Assembly: GCA_030390025.1 (NCBI GenBank)
Contig: CM059430.1
Coordinates: forward strand, 43,338,001-43,402,000
Length of the DNA stretch: 64,000 nucleotides
Direction of reading: 5' to 3'
From: Squalus acanthias
Taxonomy: Eukaryota
In this document: piece by piece, positions 12,960 through 25,910 of the stretch
How the letters are laid out: every line of letters begins with the position of its first letter
Numbering within the stretch: the stretch's first letter is position 1
The notes under the pieces: model-generated
The model's input: only the letters and a program-made list of their open reading frames with translations
Databases searched by the model: none
What the model was told of the DNA's origin: nothing
Made by a program: the position numbers and the translations under genes

Positions 12960-15900
12960 ATATCAAAAGAAAACAAAGAAAAATGTAATTTCTATGGTTG
13001 CTACAAGTCGTTCAACACAATAATGCCTAAAAGAATATGTGGCAGATTGTGTATAATGTAGGAATAGGACTGAGATTATTTACTTCTCTACTTTACACAT
13101 GCAACCATTTATTATGCTAGCACATTAAATGTTGTTCATTAAACTGCTTTAATTTTGTCCCAACTGCAGAAAAATAGTACATCACAGATTTAACTTACAC
13201 ATGTAGCTCGGTTACAATGAGATATGGTATATACTTCAGTTCTGTATTTCCATGCAGTATAATTTAAGTTTATGTAACCATGAATTATTTTTTAATATAA
13301 TGTTCACTGTGCCTGCTTAAAGTGTTAACTTGAGAATTGGGCTATGCATAGAGAAGCATGTTTATTTTACAATGAGCGAGTCACAATATAGTTCCTGTAC
13401 TAAGTATGCCAAGGCACATGCTTTTGTTTTAAGGAAATAAAGTCTCCATCTGTAATGAGTTCTTTTCCCCACAGAATTCGATAGCATTGCAATTTCAATA
13501 TAGGAATAAATCATTTGAATCTGCAAGCAGAGAAAAGTTCTAATTTTTCATTGTTTTTAAAGTTTTAATTAACTGAAGGATACACAAGAATAATAGCTGA
13601 GCTGCTAAATATTGCTTTAAAACATGTTCTTTGCAATAATGTGGTGAAACCATGCTTTATTAATAGAAAGATTTAGGGAAAATGTCATCTACTGCATTTT
13701 TCAACATCTGACTCCTTCTACACAGAATTAAATGCTGCGAAGGAGAAAAATGGCTTTCTGAATAATGAAAATGTATTTATTGCTGGCAAAGAAATTAAGA
13801 TTTATAATATACTGCAGTCCCGCTATTTAACAAATTAGAATAAGCCACTCAGACAGGTAAAACTAAAACTTGGAGGCAAGACCCGAATTCAATGAAAGCG
13901 TCATGATTATTATAACGTTCCTGGAGAACATATTGTAAGTGTAAAAGGTTTACGGGATTCTTAATATGATATGATCCTGTACCATCTCATTAGCACTCAG
14001 GTGCACTGGTCGATAAGGCATAGGTGCATTAATGAGAAGTCACACGGTGACGTCTGCTACGAGGGTTCACCCTCCCCCGACTCCTCCCCGCCCTCCCTCC
14101 ATCATGAAAGCTGTCAAATCTGGAAAGCCATTAACAAATCTTGATAAATTACACCATATATAATTTTAATGCTGATTAATTTCAAATTACACAAACTACT
14201 TTTGCATAACATTATATTTCTTTGTCAAATTCATATACAAAGAAAGACGCTCCAGGCATCATTTCATGCAGACAAATTAACACAGAGATTTAAAAAGAAA
14301 TAATGATCATGTACGGTTTAACCATTTAACTGCTGAAAATCTACTTTCTTAATAGTAATTTTATTATAAACATACTCTCAAGACACTCATTTTAAATATG
14401 CTGCATTTATGATATTGTGCAATGTAATGCAATATTCTAGATGAACAAATCATGAAATGCAAAGAAAATATTTAGCAAAGATGTTGTGATATATATTATT
14501 AGGTCATGCATGGAACTGTTGTAAATTAAATCAGTGTGAATTTGAAATTCCACTAATCTGCATCAGTGTGTTATGCTGCATAGCGCTGTATACTTTGGAC
14601 CTAAAGCATGTGTCAAGAAGATGGAGGCATTTTTTTGAAAAAATAATTAACTTCACGATTTCTTTTTACTTTAACAGTGAAGTGCTTAATTAAACCAAAC
14701 GCTGGAGATATCCCCCATTGTCCGTCTAAGTGTGAGCAGTAGATTTCCAATGTACTTTGTTGCTTAAATGACAGTTTAAAAAATGTCTTAACTATGAAGC
14801 CTGTTCCTTATCAGTAACATGAAGGTCAATTGCATATCATTTTCACCATCTGGAGATTTTTCCCTTGCCTTTTTTTAATGATCTGCTGCACTTTTGTTTT
14901 TTTTTGTCTTCTTAGTGCTACAACTGATGAGTGGAAAGAAAAAAAATCAGTGAGAAACTTGAGGCTTACATGACTGTGAGTAGGTGGGCTTGAATAAATC
15001 TTCATTCCCTTTCCAGTAGTGCATCGGCATCTTCCCATAGTAATCCCTGATGTTTGCTTTGGCATCTGGAAAAATAAAGTGTATGGGGAAAAGCTACAAT
15101 TAGCAATACATATTGGAGTTCTAAAAAAAACTTTTCCACTGCCACACCAGCCATTTTCCACTACATTAATAATCAGATATTGGGATCATCCTTTCCAAGC
15201 CACATTCATTTGAGGCAGAGGGCCCAATGGACGGTAACAGCAATTGGCAACTCTTACCCAAAATATTTGACTTGAAAATCACATTCAATACATTTCAATG
15301 CAATGAAAGGTCGTTGCTACGTTACACATTTAGCAAGGATCTGAAATCCTGCAGGAATTGTAAGTAAATATAAGCACTGATCTTAATAGCAGTGAGTGTA
15401 GCAGTTACATTTTGAAAGTACGGCAATAATACATCTAATACATAACAGTTACTGAAGCTTACTGTGGCTAGAATGAATGATCCAGTTGGGTTTATGCCAG
15501 AATAAGAGACAGAAAAGCTAATTAAAGCATGAGGAGAAGGCTTAGTACTTTAATTAGCTCAATGCCCCCTATTCCAATATAAAATCTGTGGATCATTCAT
15601 AGCACAATATATGGATCAGGAAGAGCTATTCTAACATAGATAAATATTTTATTGCGCTTTTTCTATATGTTTTAGTTTGGAATGTTAGAAATTTTGAGTG
15701 TGCTTTGCATGTTGGGCTATATGGATGTTAATTTTCACAAAAAAGTAGGTGCGAGTCAACACGTGAGTAAGACTGATAGAGAGCAGGGATGGGTTTTTCG
15801 TCCATTATTACTGGGGGATTTAGAGTCTTCTCCACATCTTAAAATGGACAAAAAGGGAAATAGCAAACAACATGTGACATACTTCTTAAGGACTGTGAAA

Positions 15901-18684
15901 AACTTGGAAAAGTCAATCGTGATAAAGCCATCGAGTTTTGCATGTGGGGAACAGAAATGAAAAGTGTCAAGATTAGCGCTGCTAGTACTTACTATTGAAA
16001 ATAGTCAGTGGCGGGTTTAGAGAGGGCATGCGGGAGATGCAGCTGCCTGACCCAGCCCTATTCCCTACTGGCAGCCCTAAACTGACTCCTGTTGGCATCC
16101 CTGAGAATCTTTCTATGCTCATGGAAATTGATTCATTCATTTCTCAGCGTGAGTATTCTTCAAAATGAGGTGCCAGAGGGCATCTGGTGCCCCAGCATGG
16201 GTCGGCATCGTCAGAAGAAGAAGGGAGAAAATTGGAGGGGGGTGTGTGTGCGGTCGGAAATGTACTCTAATCTCAGTGTCAACAATAAGGAATATTTCAC
16301 CTTATGTTTGTTATCAGCACACCAGATACTTTACATTATTTATGTTTCTTTTAAAATTAAACCAGCAATATTGCATTTGTTCTCCATGAAATGTTCACAG
16401 ACTCACAGTTACAGAAATTAATTTGATATTGGATTTTAGTTCATTTGTTTAATTAAATAAAATGACATGGTTTACATGAACACTGATTAATAAACAGCAA
16501 TGTGATATATGGATATCAGAGTCGATTATTGGTAAAGCATTTTCAGTTTTAGTTTTGATATTTTAATACTCTACTCATGTATTTAAAATGACACTTTGGG
16601 AATTAAAATGTTATTTAAACCTAATAAATAAAGCTGGATTTTGAAAAAATCTGACAAAAAGCATTTACATTCATCTCCATATAGGCCCTTCATTTCCATA
16701 TGAAGACATGAAGGTCATTTATCAGTCATAAAATTCATTAATTTCTCAGTTTGAGTACAGCATCGCCATGAGGCTATCAACTAGGACCTCTCTGGCCTGG
16801 GCTTTCTGAACATTTTTGAAACAAAGATTAAAATATTATATTGTTGATTACATCTGATGTTACTAATTTATCTGTTTATCTGAGTTTTAATTTGAAAATC
16901 TACGGTGAAAATTCAAAAGCACTGAAAAAGTGATGCAGCATATATAACATCTGCAGCGCCGGGAAGTGAAGCTGTGCAGAACTCCCAATGAGGCAATGAT
17001 GCTCCTTTAAATTTCTACCTGGTATGTTGCTTTCTGTCACCAAGCATCAAGGTATGATATGACACTGGCACCTTTGCAAATGGAGCAGACCCTGAAACAG
17101 CACCTAGGTATAAGTTTAAATGAGGTGACAGGTATGTGTGTACCTTTAAGATCATTAGTAGCGTTTGCCTTGATTATGGATCAGGGAGGCTCAGAGTAAC
17201 TGTGCATTTAGTAGGTTTAACTGTCTGAACGCTAAATATCTGTTGTAAGTTAAAAAAAAAAGTGGAAAATAATAGATTAAAATAAGAGTACTCATCTGGC
17301 CTCGGAATAATTATGCATATAGAGTATTTTATTATAATTTATGAAATCATAAAAACACAGCTAAATGTGGAACTGTGTCCCAGCAAAAGAGTCAGTGAAG
17401 GAAGAGGAGGCGGCAAGGGGAGGGGGGCAAATACAAGAAGTGAACTCCTAGTATCCAGGATTATTTTGGGCCATGAGAGCTACTGTTGGAGCCAGCCCAG
17501 ATGTAGGCCTCCATTTAGGATGATCACATTGCGATAATTAAGGATAATTTTGTTTACAATTTTACATCAGTGGATCATTATGTGCTTTTTTTTTATTTAG
17601 GAGGTAGGGAACAGCTCAGAGAGGATACACTGAATCTCTGGGTCACAGTATCCGGAGTGTGTAATAAAGTGGTAGTTTCGTTCTAATAGGATGGGTGGAT
17701 CTGGCCATTCCTTTGCTTTCTCTCACAGCACTGCATGCACATATGCTTTAAAAAAAAATCCAGAAAATGTTTGAAACATGTGACTCTGCAGCATCTTACA
17801 AGATCCTGACCCAACCCTATAGCCTCGCATGTGATTCTGCAACCGACTGCCTGACCCTGACCCATCTCTGCAGCCTCCAACTTCTGTCCAATGCGCTTAG
17901 CAGCCATTTGCTGAACGATCAGTCTATAACCTCGAAATTCTGCCATACAAATACTTAACATATCTGTATGAAATTCCTTTGTCCAATATTTTAACAGAGA
18001 CATTATCCTATTTTGGATTAGTGCCTTCAGTAAAACAGCCGAGAACGGAATTTCATACGAATGTGCTAAATATTTGTATTCCAATATTTGCACACCATAA
18101 TTTCAAGGCCCACATTTTGCTGAAATACATTTACACAGCCTAGGTAACTGTTTCAGTTTAATGAGTAATGAGCAATGGGGGTTTGCTGAGTATCAGGTTG
18201 ATTTCAGTTGGATTTGCTGGACAGTTTTTTGGATTACATTTAGAATGGAAACTGTGCGGCTATCAGAGAAAATTGTTTGGCTCCTCAGACATTTGGTTTA
18301 ATGAATCATAGGTAAACCAGGTTGTGACAGTATTTGGAAACACATATTTAAAGCTGTGTTAATGTACTTAGTGGACAAAATTTGTTCCATGTGTTTTTCA
18401 TTCACAGGTTTATCGAGCAAGCTGCACAAAATCGGAAATCACACTGCACACCTGAAAGCAGGTTAATGCCTCAGACTGAGGCACCTTATTCAAACTCAGC
18501 TAGGTATATACATATGTAACTTACTTATCTCCTCACCAGATCCCCACTAACAATATGAACCATTCCTTGGCTGAGAGGTGGGGAGCTGGCCTGCAGTAGA
18601 AGGTGAATAAGGAAAGCATGAGGTGATTCATGCATTGATTCCCCCTCCTGGTTGGCATTACTATTTGCAATGAGTAGAGAGTTC

Positions 18685-18910
18685 TCCAGTGTCCTGGCCA
18701 ACATTCCTCCCGCGACCAACACCGTTAAAAACAGATTATCTGGTCATTTGTTCATTGCTGTTTGTGAGACCTTGCTTTTTGCCAATTAACAGCTGCATTT
18801 GCTACATACCATCATTGAATTCACTTCAGAAGTAATCCATTTACTGTAATGCAGTTTGGGAAGTTCTGAGGACTTGATATGGTGCCACAAAAATGAAAGT
18901 TCTTTCTTTC
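18685..18910 (+). mobile_element. DeuSINE 3' half (older)
   Basis: gtgtcctggccaacattcc...aaacagattatctggtcatt...ttgctgtttgtgagaccttgc. Confidence 0.7.
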
Positions 18911-18949
18911 CTTCTTACTACAATTGGAGTTGACAAGGTTGAAATCAGG

Positions 18950-19245
18950 AAAGACTGGAGGAAATTGGCCTCTTCATCCTTGACAGGAGAAGACTGTGAA
19001 CAGACCTGATAGAAATATACAAGCTAAAAATGATACAGAAAGGGTAATTCTGGAACATTACTTGGCTAAATCATGACAGTAGGTCAAGGGGGCACGGATG
19101 TAAATGGGCAACAAGCAAATTTAAGACTGATGTTAGGAAGTTCCTCTTCATATCAAGAGTAACAGCAATTCGAATGGACTTCCATGTAGGATAGTGGGAA
19201 TTAAAACCTTGGAATTGTTTAAAAGACACTTAGATACTATGATAG
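18950..19245 (+). mobile_element. Old CR1 RT C-terminal fragment
   Basis: Decayed ERLEEIGLFILDRRRL..DLIEIYK...SRGH..K motif. Confidence 0.6.
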
Positions 19246-19693
19246 AGGACCAGAGGGTAGATTTTCCTGGCTACAGCACCCCTAAAACATCTGAATGGGG
19301 GGTTCAGCCAACTGGAAATATGGGCTGCAATGCTGGGTCCCTGCTCCCAGTGGACTCAAGGAGGCGCAGGTATTCAACTGATTCAGTTTTGTTGTGGTTA
19401 TGACATCAAAACAACCTGTGGCCTGATTTCCTGTCCAAACACTGGCCGCAGGTCATCGTCTGGCCGCCATAAAAGTGGGGCTGGAGGATGGTTAGCAAAA
19501 ATCAAATCGTTTTTTGAGGACTGTGAGGCATGAGTCAGCAAGAATTCTGAGGTATAGGAACTTTAGTTACTGAAAAATGTAATTGTTTTGTTGATATACT
19601 AAACCGTAAAGGAATAGTGTCTACCAAAAGTTTTGGCTGCAGTGAGGACAACCATCAAAGCTGCAGGATGGGCATCGCATGTAGAATCCATTT

Positions 19694-20791
19694 AAGAACA
19701 TAAGAACATAAGAAATAGGAGCAGGAGTAGGCCAATCGGCCCCTCGAGCCTGCTCCGCCATTCAATAAGATCATGGCTGATCTGATCCTAACCTCAAATC
19801 TAAAGAACACAAGAAGTAGGAGCAGGATCCGGCCACTCAGCCCCTGGGCCCGCTCCGCCACCCACAGGGCCTTGACCGATCCGAACTCAGCCTCATGTCC
19901 AATTTTCTGCCCGCTCCCCGTAACCCCTAATTCCCTTTACTTCTAGGAAACTGTCTATTTCTGTTTTAAATTTATTTAATGATGTAGCTTCCACAGCTTC
20001 CTGGGGCAGCAAATTCCACAGACCTACTACCCTCTGAGTGAAGAAGTTTCTCCTCATCTCAGTTTTGAAAGAGCAGCCCCTTATTCTAAGATTATGCCCC
20101 TTAGTTCTAGTTTCACCCATCCTTGGGAACATCCTTACCGCATCCACCCGATCAAGCCCCTTCACAATCTTATATGTTTCAATAAGATCGCCGCTCATTC
20201 TTCTGAACTCCAATGAGTAGAGTCCCAATCTACTCAACCTCTCCTCATATGTCCACCCCCTCATCCCTGGGATTAACCAAGTGAACCTTCTTTGTACTGC
20301 CTCGAGAGCAAGTATGTCTTTTCTTAAGTATGGACACCAAAACTGTATGCAGTATTCCAGGTGCGGTCTCACCAATACCTTATATAACTGCAGCAATACC
20401 TCCCTGTTTTTATAATCTATCCCCCTAGCAATAAAAGCCAACATTCCGTTGGCCTTCTTGATCACCTGCTGCACCTGCATACTAACTTTTTGATTTTCTT
20501 GCACTAGGACCCCCAGATCTCTTTGTACTGCAGTACTTTCCAGTTTCTCGCCATTAAGATAATAACTTGCTCTCTGATTTTTCCTGCCAAAGTGCATAAC
20601 CTCACATTTTCCAATATTGTATTGCATCTGCCAAATCTCCGCCCACTCACCCAGCCTGTCTATATCCCCTTGTAGGTTTTTTATGTCCTCCTCACTTTCT
20701 ACTTTCCCTCCCATCTTTGTATCATCTGCAAACTTTGATATGTTACACTCGGTCCCCTCCTCCAAATCGTTAATATAGATTGTAAGAGTTG
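19694..20791 (-). mobile_element. Young 5'-truncated CR1 LINE with an uninterrupted RT C-terminus and a double 3' tail
   Basis: Stop-free IYINDL..KFADDTK..WQMQYNIGKC..VRPHLEYCIQFW..RRNFFTQRVV..LWN to the stop at 19893; (TTCTTATG)n tail at 19694. Confidence 0.95.
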
Positions 20792-21186
20792 TACATGTGT
20801 TATCTGGAGGAGGAGGAGGATGAGGAGGAGGATGAGCAGGAAGCTCTTTTGGATGCAACTGCAGTAAGGTAGTATCAGAGGAAGAGAGCACCAACTTGGA
20901 GATACCCAGCTGAGCAGGTTTATTGTCGCACTATACATTTCTGGACCTTAGGGAGGAGCAATGCCACTCGAAGCTCCAGATTTGTAGGGTGGTGGTCAGA
21001 GAGTTGTGCCACTTGCTGGGAGAGAACCTCAGCCTCCACCACACCATCTGTACCAGTGAACTTTATCACGGCATTCAATTTCTATGCCACTTAGAAGGTT
21101 TCAGGGGGCCACTGGAGACATAGCTTGCATTAACCAGTCAACAGTGCATCCAGTGGGTCACAGATGTCTTGGTTGCCTGGGCAAAT

Positions 21187-21335
21187 TGGTAAATCTTCAT
21201 CTTTGACACTTGGGCATTAAGCATTGCCTGGGCAGAATGCAGAAAGGAAAATGTGGTGGGGAGACATGCAATTTTTCATTCTGTGCTGTTCTCAGGCGAT
21301 GCTTAACATCTAGGCGGTAAGTGAAAGATCTACCC
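21187..21335. mobile_element. Hairpin MITE inserted in the Harbinger transposase
   Basis: Ends tggtaaatcttca / tgaaagatctaccc; internal arms ttaagcattgcctggg / ctcaggcgatgcttaa. Confidence 0.65.
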
Positions 21336-22891
21336 ATCGTGTTTTCTATGGATGCCAGGAAGCTGCAAGCACATGCAGGGTGTTATTGACGGGACCCATG
21401 TAGGCTCCCATGGAAAACAACGTCCCTTACATGATTTGAAATTAATGTCCAGTTATCGTGCGATCACCAGCAGAGAATTATGAAGGTAATACTAGGTTCC
21501 CTGGTAGCTTGCATGATGCCTGCATCCTCAGGCAATCTACCATTTCACCCTTGTTTGAATAGGGGCAAGGATTGAAGGGCTGGCTGCTTGGGGACCTTGG
21601 CTACACCCTCTTTTGCTGTGGTTAATGCGGACTCCATCTAATAAAGCAGAGCAGCGATATAATGAAATGAATGCTTCCACTAGAATGGCCACTAAGAACA
21701 CCATTGGACTTCTGAAGCAGACATTCCAATGCCTGGATCATGCCAGAGGTGTCCTTCAATATAATCCAGGGAAGGTATCTGGGATTAGAGTGGGCTTCTG
21801 TGTGCTCCACCACCTAGCCATTAACAGCGGCATCCACCTGGAGAAGCAAGATGTGGAACAGGCAGAGGAAGAGCAGTCAGATTCTGTAGGTGACAAAGAG
21901 GAGACTCCAGACAACCACAGGGCTGTCAGGATGCTACTGGATAAAGCATCAGGAGAAATCTCATCCTTCTTCTGATCATCTCATCCAATACGACACCTGT
22001 GCTCCATCCCTTCCTCTTGATCTTCCACTGGAATAAAGACATCCATGAAAAATCTACTCTAAATTCATCCACACTTCTTATCTCCATCTTTCTAATGCAG
22101 AAACCTCAACTCTCAGAAACAACAAAAGGTCTTTGCACAAAGCATGATCTGCAACCAACACATTTATTGCACACACATCCAATTGTGATTGCCAACCTAA
22201 TTCTTTCCAAAATAGTGCCTGTTCTTTCTAACAGTAGCTGTCTTTTGTGCTCGGCTAAGTAGTCTGATGCTTCATCTAATTGGTTCCCCTGTAGAAGGAA
22301 CACGGCAGGAAAATGGCAGCTGTGTGTCGCCGTCAGGGTCCGGGACCCACGATGGTTTGTGATCTCTGTGAGCTCGCACACCAAACGGGCCAGCTTCAGG
22401 CTGCAACTCAGCTGCTGCTGTGGAAACAGCCTGGACTTGCCTGCTTTCAGGCTTCTGTGAGTGGAGAGGCTGATAATGGTGGAGTTGGAGGTTTCTGGAG
22501 AGAGAGCACCAACATCCAAGGTCCTTTTTCAACCTTCCCCTTCTCGTGGCCTCTCTGCCACTCCTGTTCCTGATCTCCAGTGTTGAATGATTCTACCTCT
22601 CCCTCCCCACCCCACCCCCAGAATGGATGTAACTAGGCAGCTGCATGCCAGGTCTCGGAATGGTGATGAAGTGCAAGTTCTGTGGATGGTTTGGCCTCTG
22701 ATTGCTCTGCCATTCCTGTGAAGCTATAAAGAAGGGCAAATATAAAGGCAAATCTTTGTTAGGTAAGCGTGCACTCATGGACTTCATCATCACTGCATGG
22801 GAAGGGCCTAAAAGTTGATATTTTAAGACACATTGCTCAGGACTAGGAAGAAAGAAAGAAAAGAGAACAATGAACCCTTAATGGGGAAATA

Positions 22892-23116
22892 TCAACCCAC
22901 TTCAACATCTCCTACTGCTTCTCTCAAGTTGCTTTGCTGGAGTTCTAATACTCTTTCCTCAAATGGGGTGACTTCCTGAACTGCAGCAGGTCCTCCTTCA
23001 GTAGCAATGGCCTGCCTTCTCCTGCAGAATAGATGACTTTCATTCCTTACTGCAGCATTATGGCACCCCACAACATTAGCAGTGCCTTTTACCTTTGCAT
23101 TCAAAAGTAGTTGCAA
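22892..23116 (-). pseudogene. Remnant of the Harbinger Myb/SANT-like accessory ORF
   Basis: RRQAIATEGGPAAVQEVTPFEERVLEL resembles the TGGGP....LT..EE.V motif that follows Myb/SANT domains in Harbinger ORF2; convergent with the transposase. Confidence 0.6.
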
Positions 23117-23274
23117 TGATGTGAAGGTGGTGCTGGTTTATCTATCTCTCCTTGTGTGGAGTGACTGTGACTTGTGACTATAAGTCAATGCTTATTGTAC
23201 ATGATGCTGTACCATACCAAATAGGGGGGGGGGAGGGGGGCAGTGATTTCAGTGGTGGCAGTTTAATTACAGAA

Positions 23275-24805
23275 TAAGTAGAAGAATGGCAGGTGAAGTT
23301 TAATGTAGGCAAATGTAAAATACTTTATGTAGGAAGGAAAAATAGGCAACACACATAATAAAAATTGCTGGAATAGCTAAGGGTGAAGTAAAAAAGAGAC
23401 CTATACATCTTAGTAAACTCAACGTTCATCATGTTCAACCAATGAGAGAAACAAACAACGAAGCCAATAGAACGTTGAATTATATAGCCAAAATAGTAGA
23501 ATACAAGTTAGATGGAGATAACCAAACTGCACAGTGCTCTGGTCAGAAACACCTTGGGCTGGATTTTGTCAATGGGACGCTTTTGGAGGCGGGACTGCTG
23601 CTTGCCGGCTTTCAATCCCGCCTCCATCAGCTTCTGGCCAACCAGTGGGATTTTCCCCTGATTGATCTTGTTAAGCCCGCCCAGCGGGCTCAGCAGGCCA
23701 ATTAGGGGGAAGACAGTGACAGAGCACGTCAACGTATGACGTGCCATGTGTCAAGCTTTTTTGAAAGAAGAAATGTAACCGTTTGATAGCCCTGTGAAGC
23801 TGTCAAACACTGACATTCTGTGTAGTTTGATAAGTCCTTGTGTTCAGGACTCATCAAACCTTTTAACTTTGCAAAAATCACCTGGCTGTTGGTTTGGAGG
23901 ATTCAACAGCCAGTCTGTGATATCTACAATGGAGATGCCAGGACTCCGGCTCCACAGCAGCTGAAGGCTGTAGGCAGAAACTAAGGTAAGTGAACATTTT
24001 CTAACATTTTACACTCAACTTACATACATACCACTCCACACTTGCACCCATCACTCACCTCTACATTGCACTTTCAGACCCCTCCGACCCCCACAGACCT
24101 CCTACTCGTCTCCTACACCCTGGCGGGGTTCCCAGAGGTCGGGAAGCCTGCACTTTGGATGGAAAAATGGGGCTAATCCTATTTTCTGCCTGTTAACTAC
24201 CTGTTAACAGGCAGTTAATAGGATTTAATCCCTTTCCCGCCTCGAGGAGACGGGACCCGGAGCAGGATGGCTTCCCGCTTCCTGGCAAGAAGGCACGGAG
24301 GCGGGTTGGGGGCGGGTTTGCCACCCACCCCCAAATTCTGCAACTTTACCGGCAGTCCCGCCTCCATACCCACTTTCTCGGGGCTGACAAAATCCAACCC
24401 CTTGAGTACTGTCTCCATTCGTGGCCACTGAGACACAAAAGTGACATTCAAGCACTGGAAGCAATGCAGAGAAGAGCCATGAGGTTGATCCCTAATGTCA
24501 GGGGTATGAGTTATCAGGAAAGATTGGTGAATCTTAGGCTTTTAGGCCTAGAAAGAAGGTGCCTGAGAGGCAACCTGATAGAGGTAGCTGATATTAAACT
24601 GTATGGAAAAGGTAAATCTGGAAAAATACTTTCAATTAAATTGTGTGAGTCTGACATAATTTCCAATTAGAAAAAGACAAATTTTGAACTGTTACCAGGA
24701 GGTTTGTCACACAAAGAGTGAGCAATACATGTAATGGGCTTCCAGGTAGAGTAGTGGAGGCAAAAACCCTGGATTTACTTAAGAACCAATTAAATGCTGC
24801 AATGG
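23275..24805 (+). mobile_element. Old CR1 RT fragment split by a TIR element
   Basis: EWQVKFNVGKCKILYVGRKN...LVRxHL|EYC..QRRAMRLIP..MSYQERL; the split falls inside the HLEYC codons. Confidence 0.8.
23556..24400. mobile_element. Non-autonomous Harbinger-like TIR element
   Basis: TIRs gggctggattttgtca / tgacaaaatccaaccc; TSD CTT at 23553-23555 and 24401-24403. Confidence 0.85.
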
Positions 24806-25177
24806 GGAGACTTTAGGGGTCTTTCCTCATCCCTAATTCTCTTGGGATCTTGTGCTTTGCCAGCAAGGTCAACCCTCACTCTAATAAAATAAAACATTCT
24901 AAATTAAAAACATTTCAACTTGATGATTGGCTCCAGAGTCAATAGAATGGGATGTGGGAATTTCTGCTTCTCTGCACAGCCTCTGAGGTTTAAGTGCTAA
25001 ACAACCAGTTCCAATCATGTCTGCCTGGGCACATTCTTCTCATTATATGGCTGGAGACTGGACATACAAGCCTAATCATTATTGTTGGAGATATTAACAG
25101 ACAAATGCTTAATGCGTCCATATGACATTCCATTGTCTGCCAGTTTAGCAGAGGAAGATCTTGATTCTATACTTCTC

Positions 25178-25910
25178 CCACTCTCGGCCATTGCTCTGCA
25201 CATGTCCACTCTCAACATCTCTCTACCTTTTCCACTTTCGGCCTTCCCTCAGCATAACTTACCACTACAGATTTCACACTTTTGGCTTTGTTTCTACACA
25301 TTTCCATTCTCAGCCTTCCCTCCACACATTTCTATTATCTATCTTCTCTCTGCATATTGTCCGCTCTCTGCCTTCCCTCTCTACGTGTCACATACTCAAA
25401 TTTCTTCTGCACATTTTCCACTCTCAACCCCAAACATTTCTGACTCACCTTTCCCACTATGCATGTTGTACACTCAGATTTCTTCTATATATCCACATTC
25501 TCAGGCTTCCCTCTCAACATTTCCCACTCTCAGCCTTCCATGAGACATGCCCCACTCTCAGCCTGTCCTCCACACATTTTTCACACTTAGACTTCACTCT
25601 AAGCATTTCCACTTTCAACCTCCCTCTACATCTCTCACTCTCAACCTTCCCTCTACACATTTCCTGCTCTCAACCTGTATACATTGCCCACTTTAAGCAC
25701 TCCCACGACACATTTCCATTTTCTCTCTAGAGATTTCCACTTTAAACCTTCCTTTCCAGCTGTCCCTCGACAGTCTGCACTTCTCTCTATAGATGGCCCA
25801 CTGTCAGCCTTCCCCCTATACACTGCCCATTCTAAACCTTTCCCTGACACATTTCTACTTTCAACCTTCTCTACAGATTTTTACTCTCAGACTTCCCTCT
25901 ACATACTTCC
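25178..25910 (+). repeat. Pyrimidine-rich degenerate minisatellite, about 28-29-bp unit CCACTCTCAGCCTTCCCTCTACACATTT
   Basis: Roughly two dozen diverged copies by eye; very few G on the + strand. Confidence 0.85.

Larger units (their letters stand above)
19668..21975 (+). pseudogene. Harbinger (HARBI1-like) DDE transposase pseudogene
   Basis: ATG at 19668, resuming after the CR1 (MGIACRIH|LYMCYLEEEE); FLDLREEQC..L...VVRELCHLL; VIDGTHV (~21382); PGSLHDACIL (~21500); GWLLGDLGY (~21578); YN..TR...TIGLLKQTFQCLD..GVLQYNPGKV..FCVLHHLAI. Multiple frameshifts. Confidence 0.85.
19254..23200 (+). mobile_element. Decayed autonomous PIF/Harbinger DNA transposon (transposase on +, Myb/SANT-like ORF on -), interrupted by a CR1 and a MITE
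   Basis: TIR-like agggtagattttcc at 19254; HARBI1-type motifs; convergent second ORF remnant 22892-23116 (GGPAAVQEVTPFEERVLEL). Right TIR not found. Confidence 0.75.

Noticed and set aside
19893-20894. 333-aa ORF as a host gene
   Set aside because: A 5'-truncated CR1 RT C-terminus. Its N-terminal ~35 aa are antisense Harbinger sequence fused by chance, and it lacks the endonuclease and most of the RT.
21613-21975. Functional HARBI1 gene
   Set aside because: Frameshifts, TE insertions and loss of the catalytic-region Glu (TKNTIG instead of IExTIG) indicate a transposon fossil rather than the domesticated gene.
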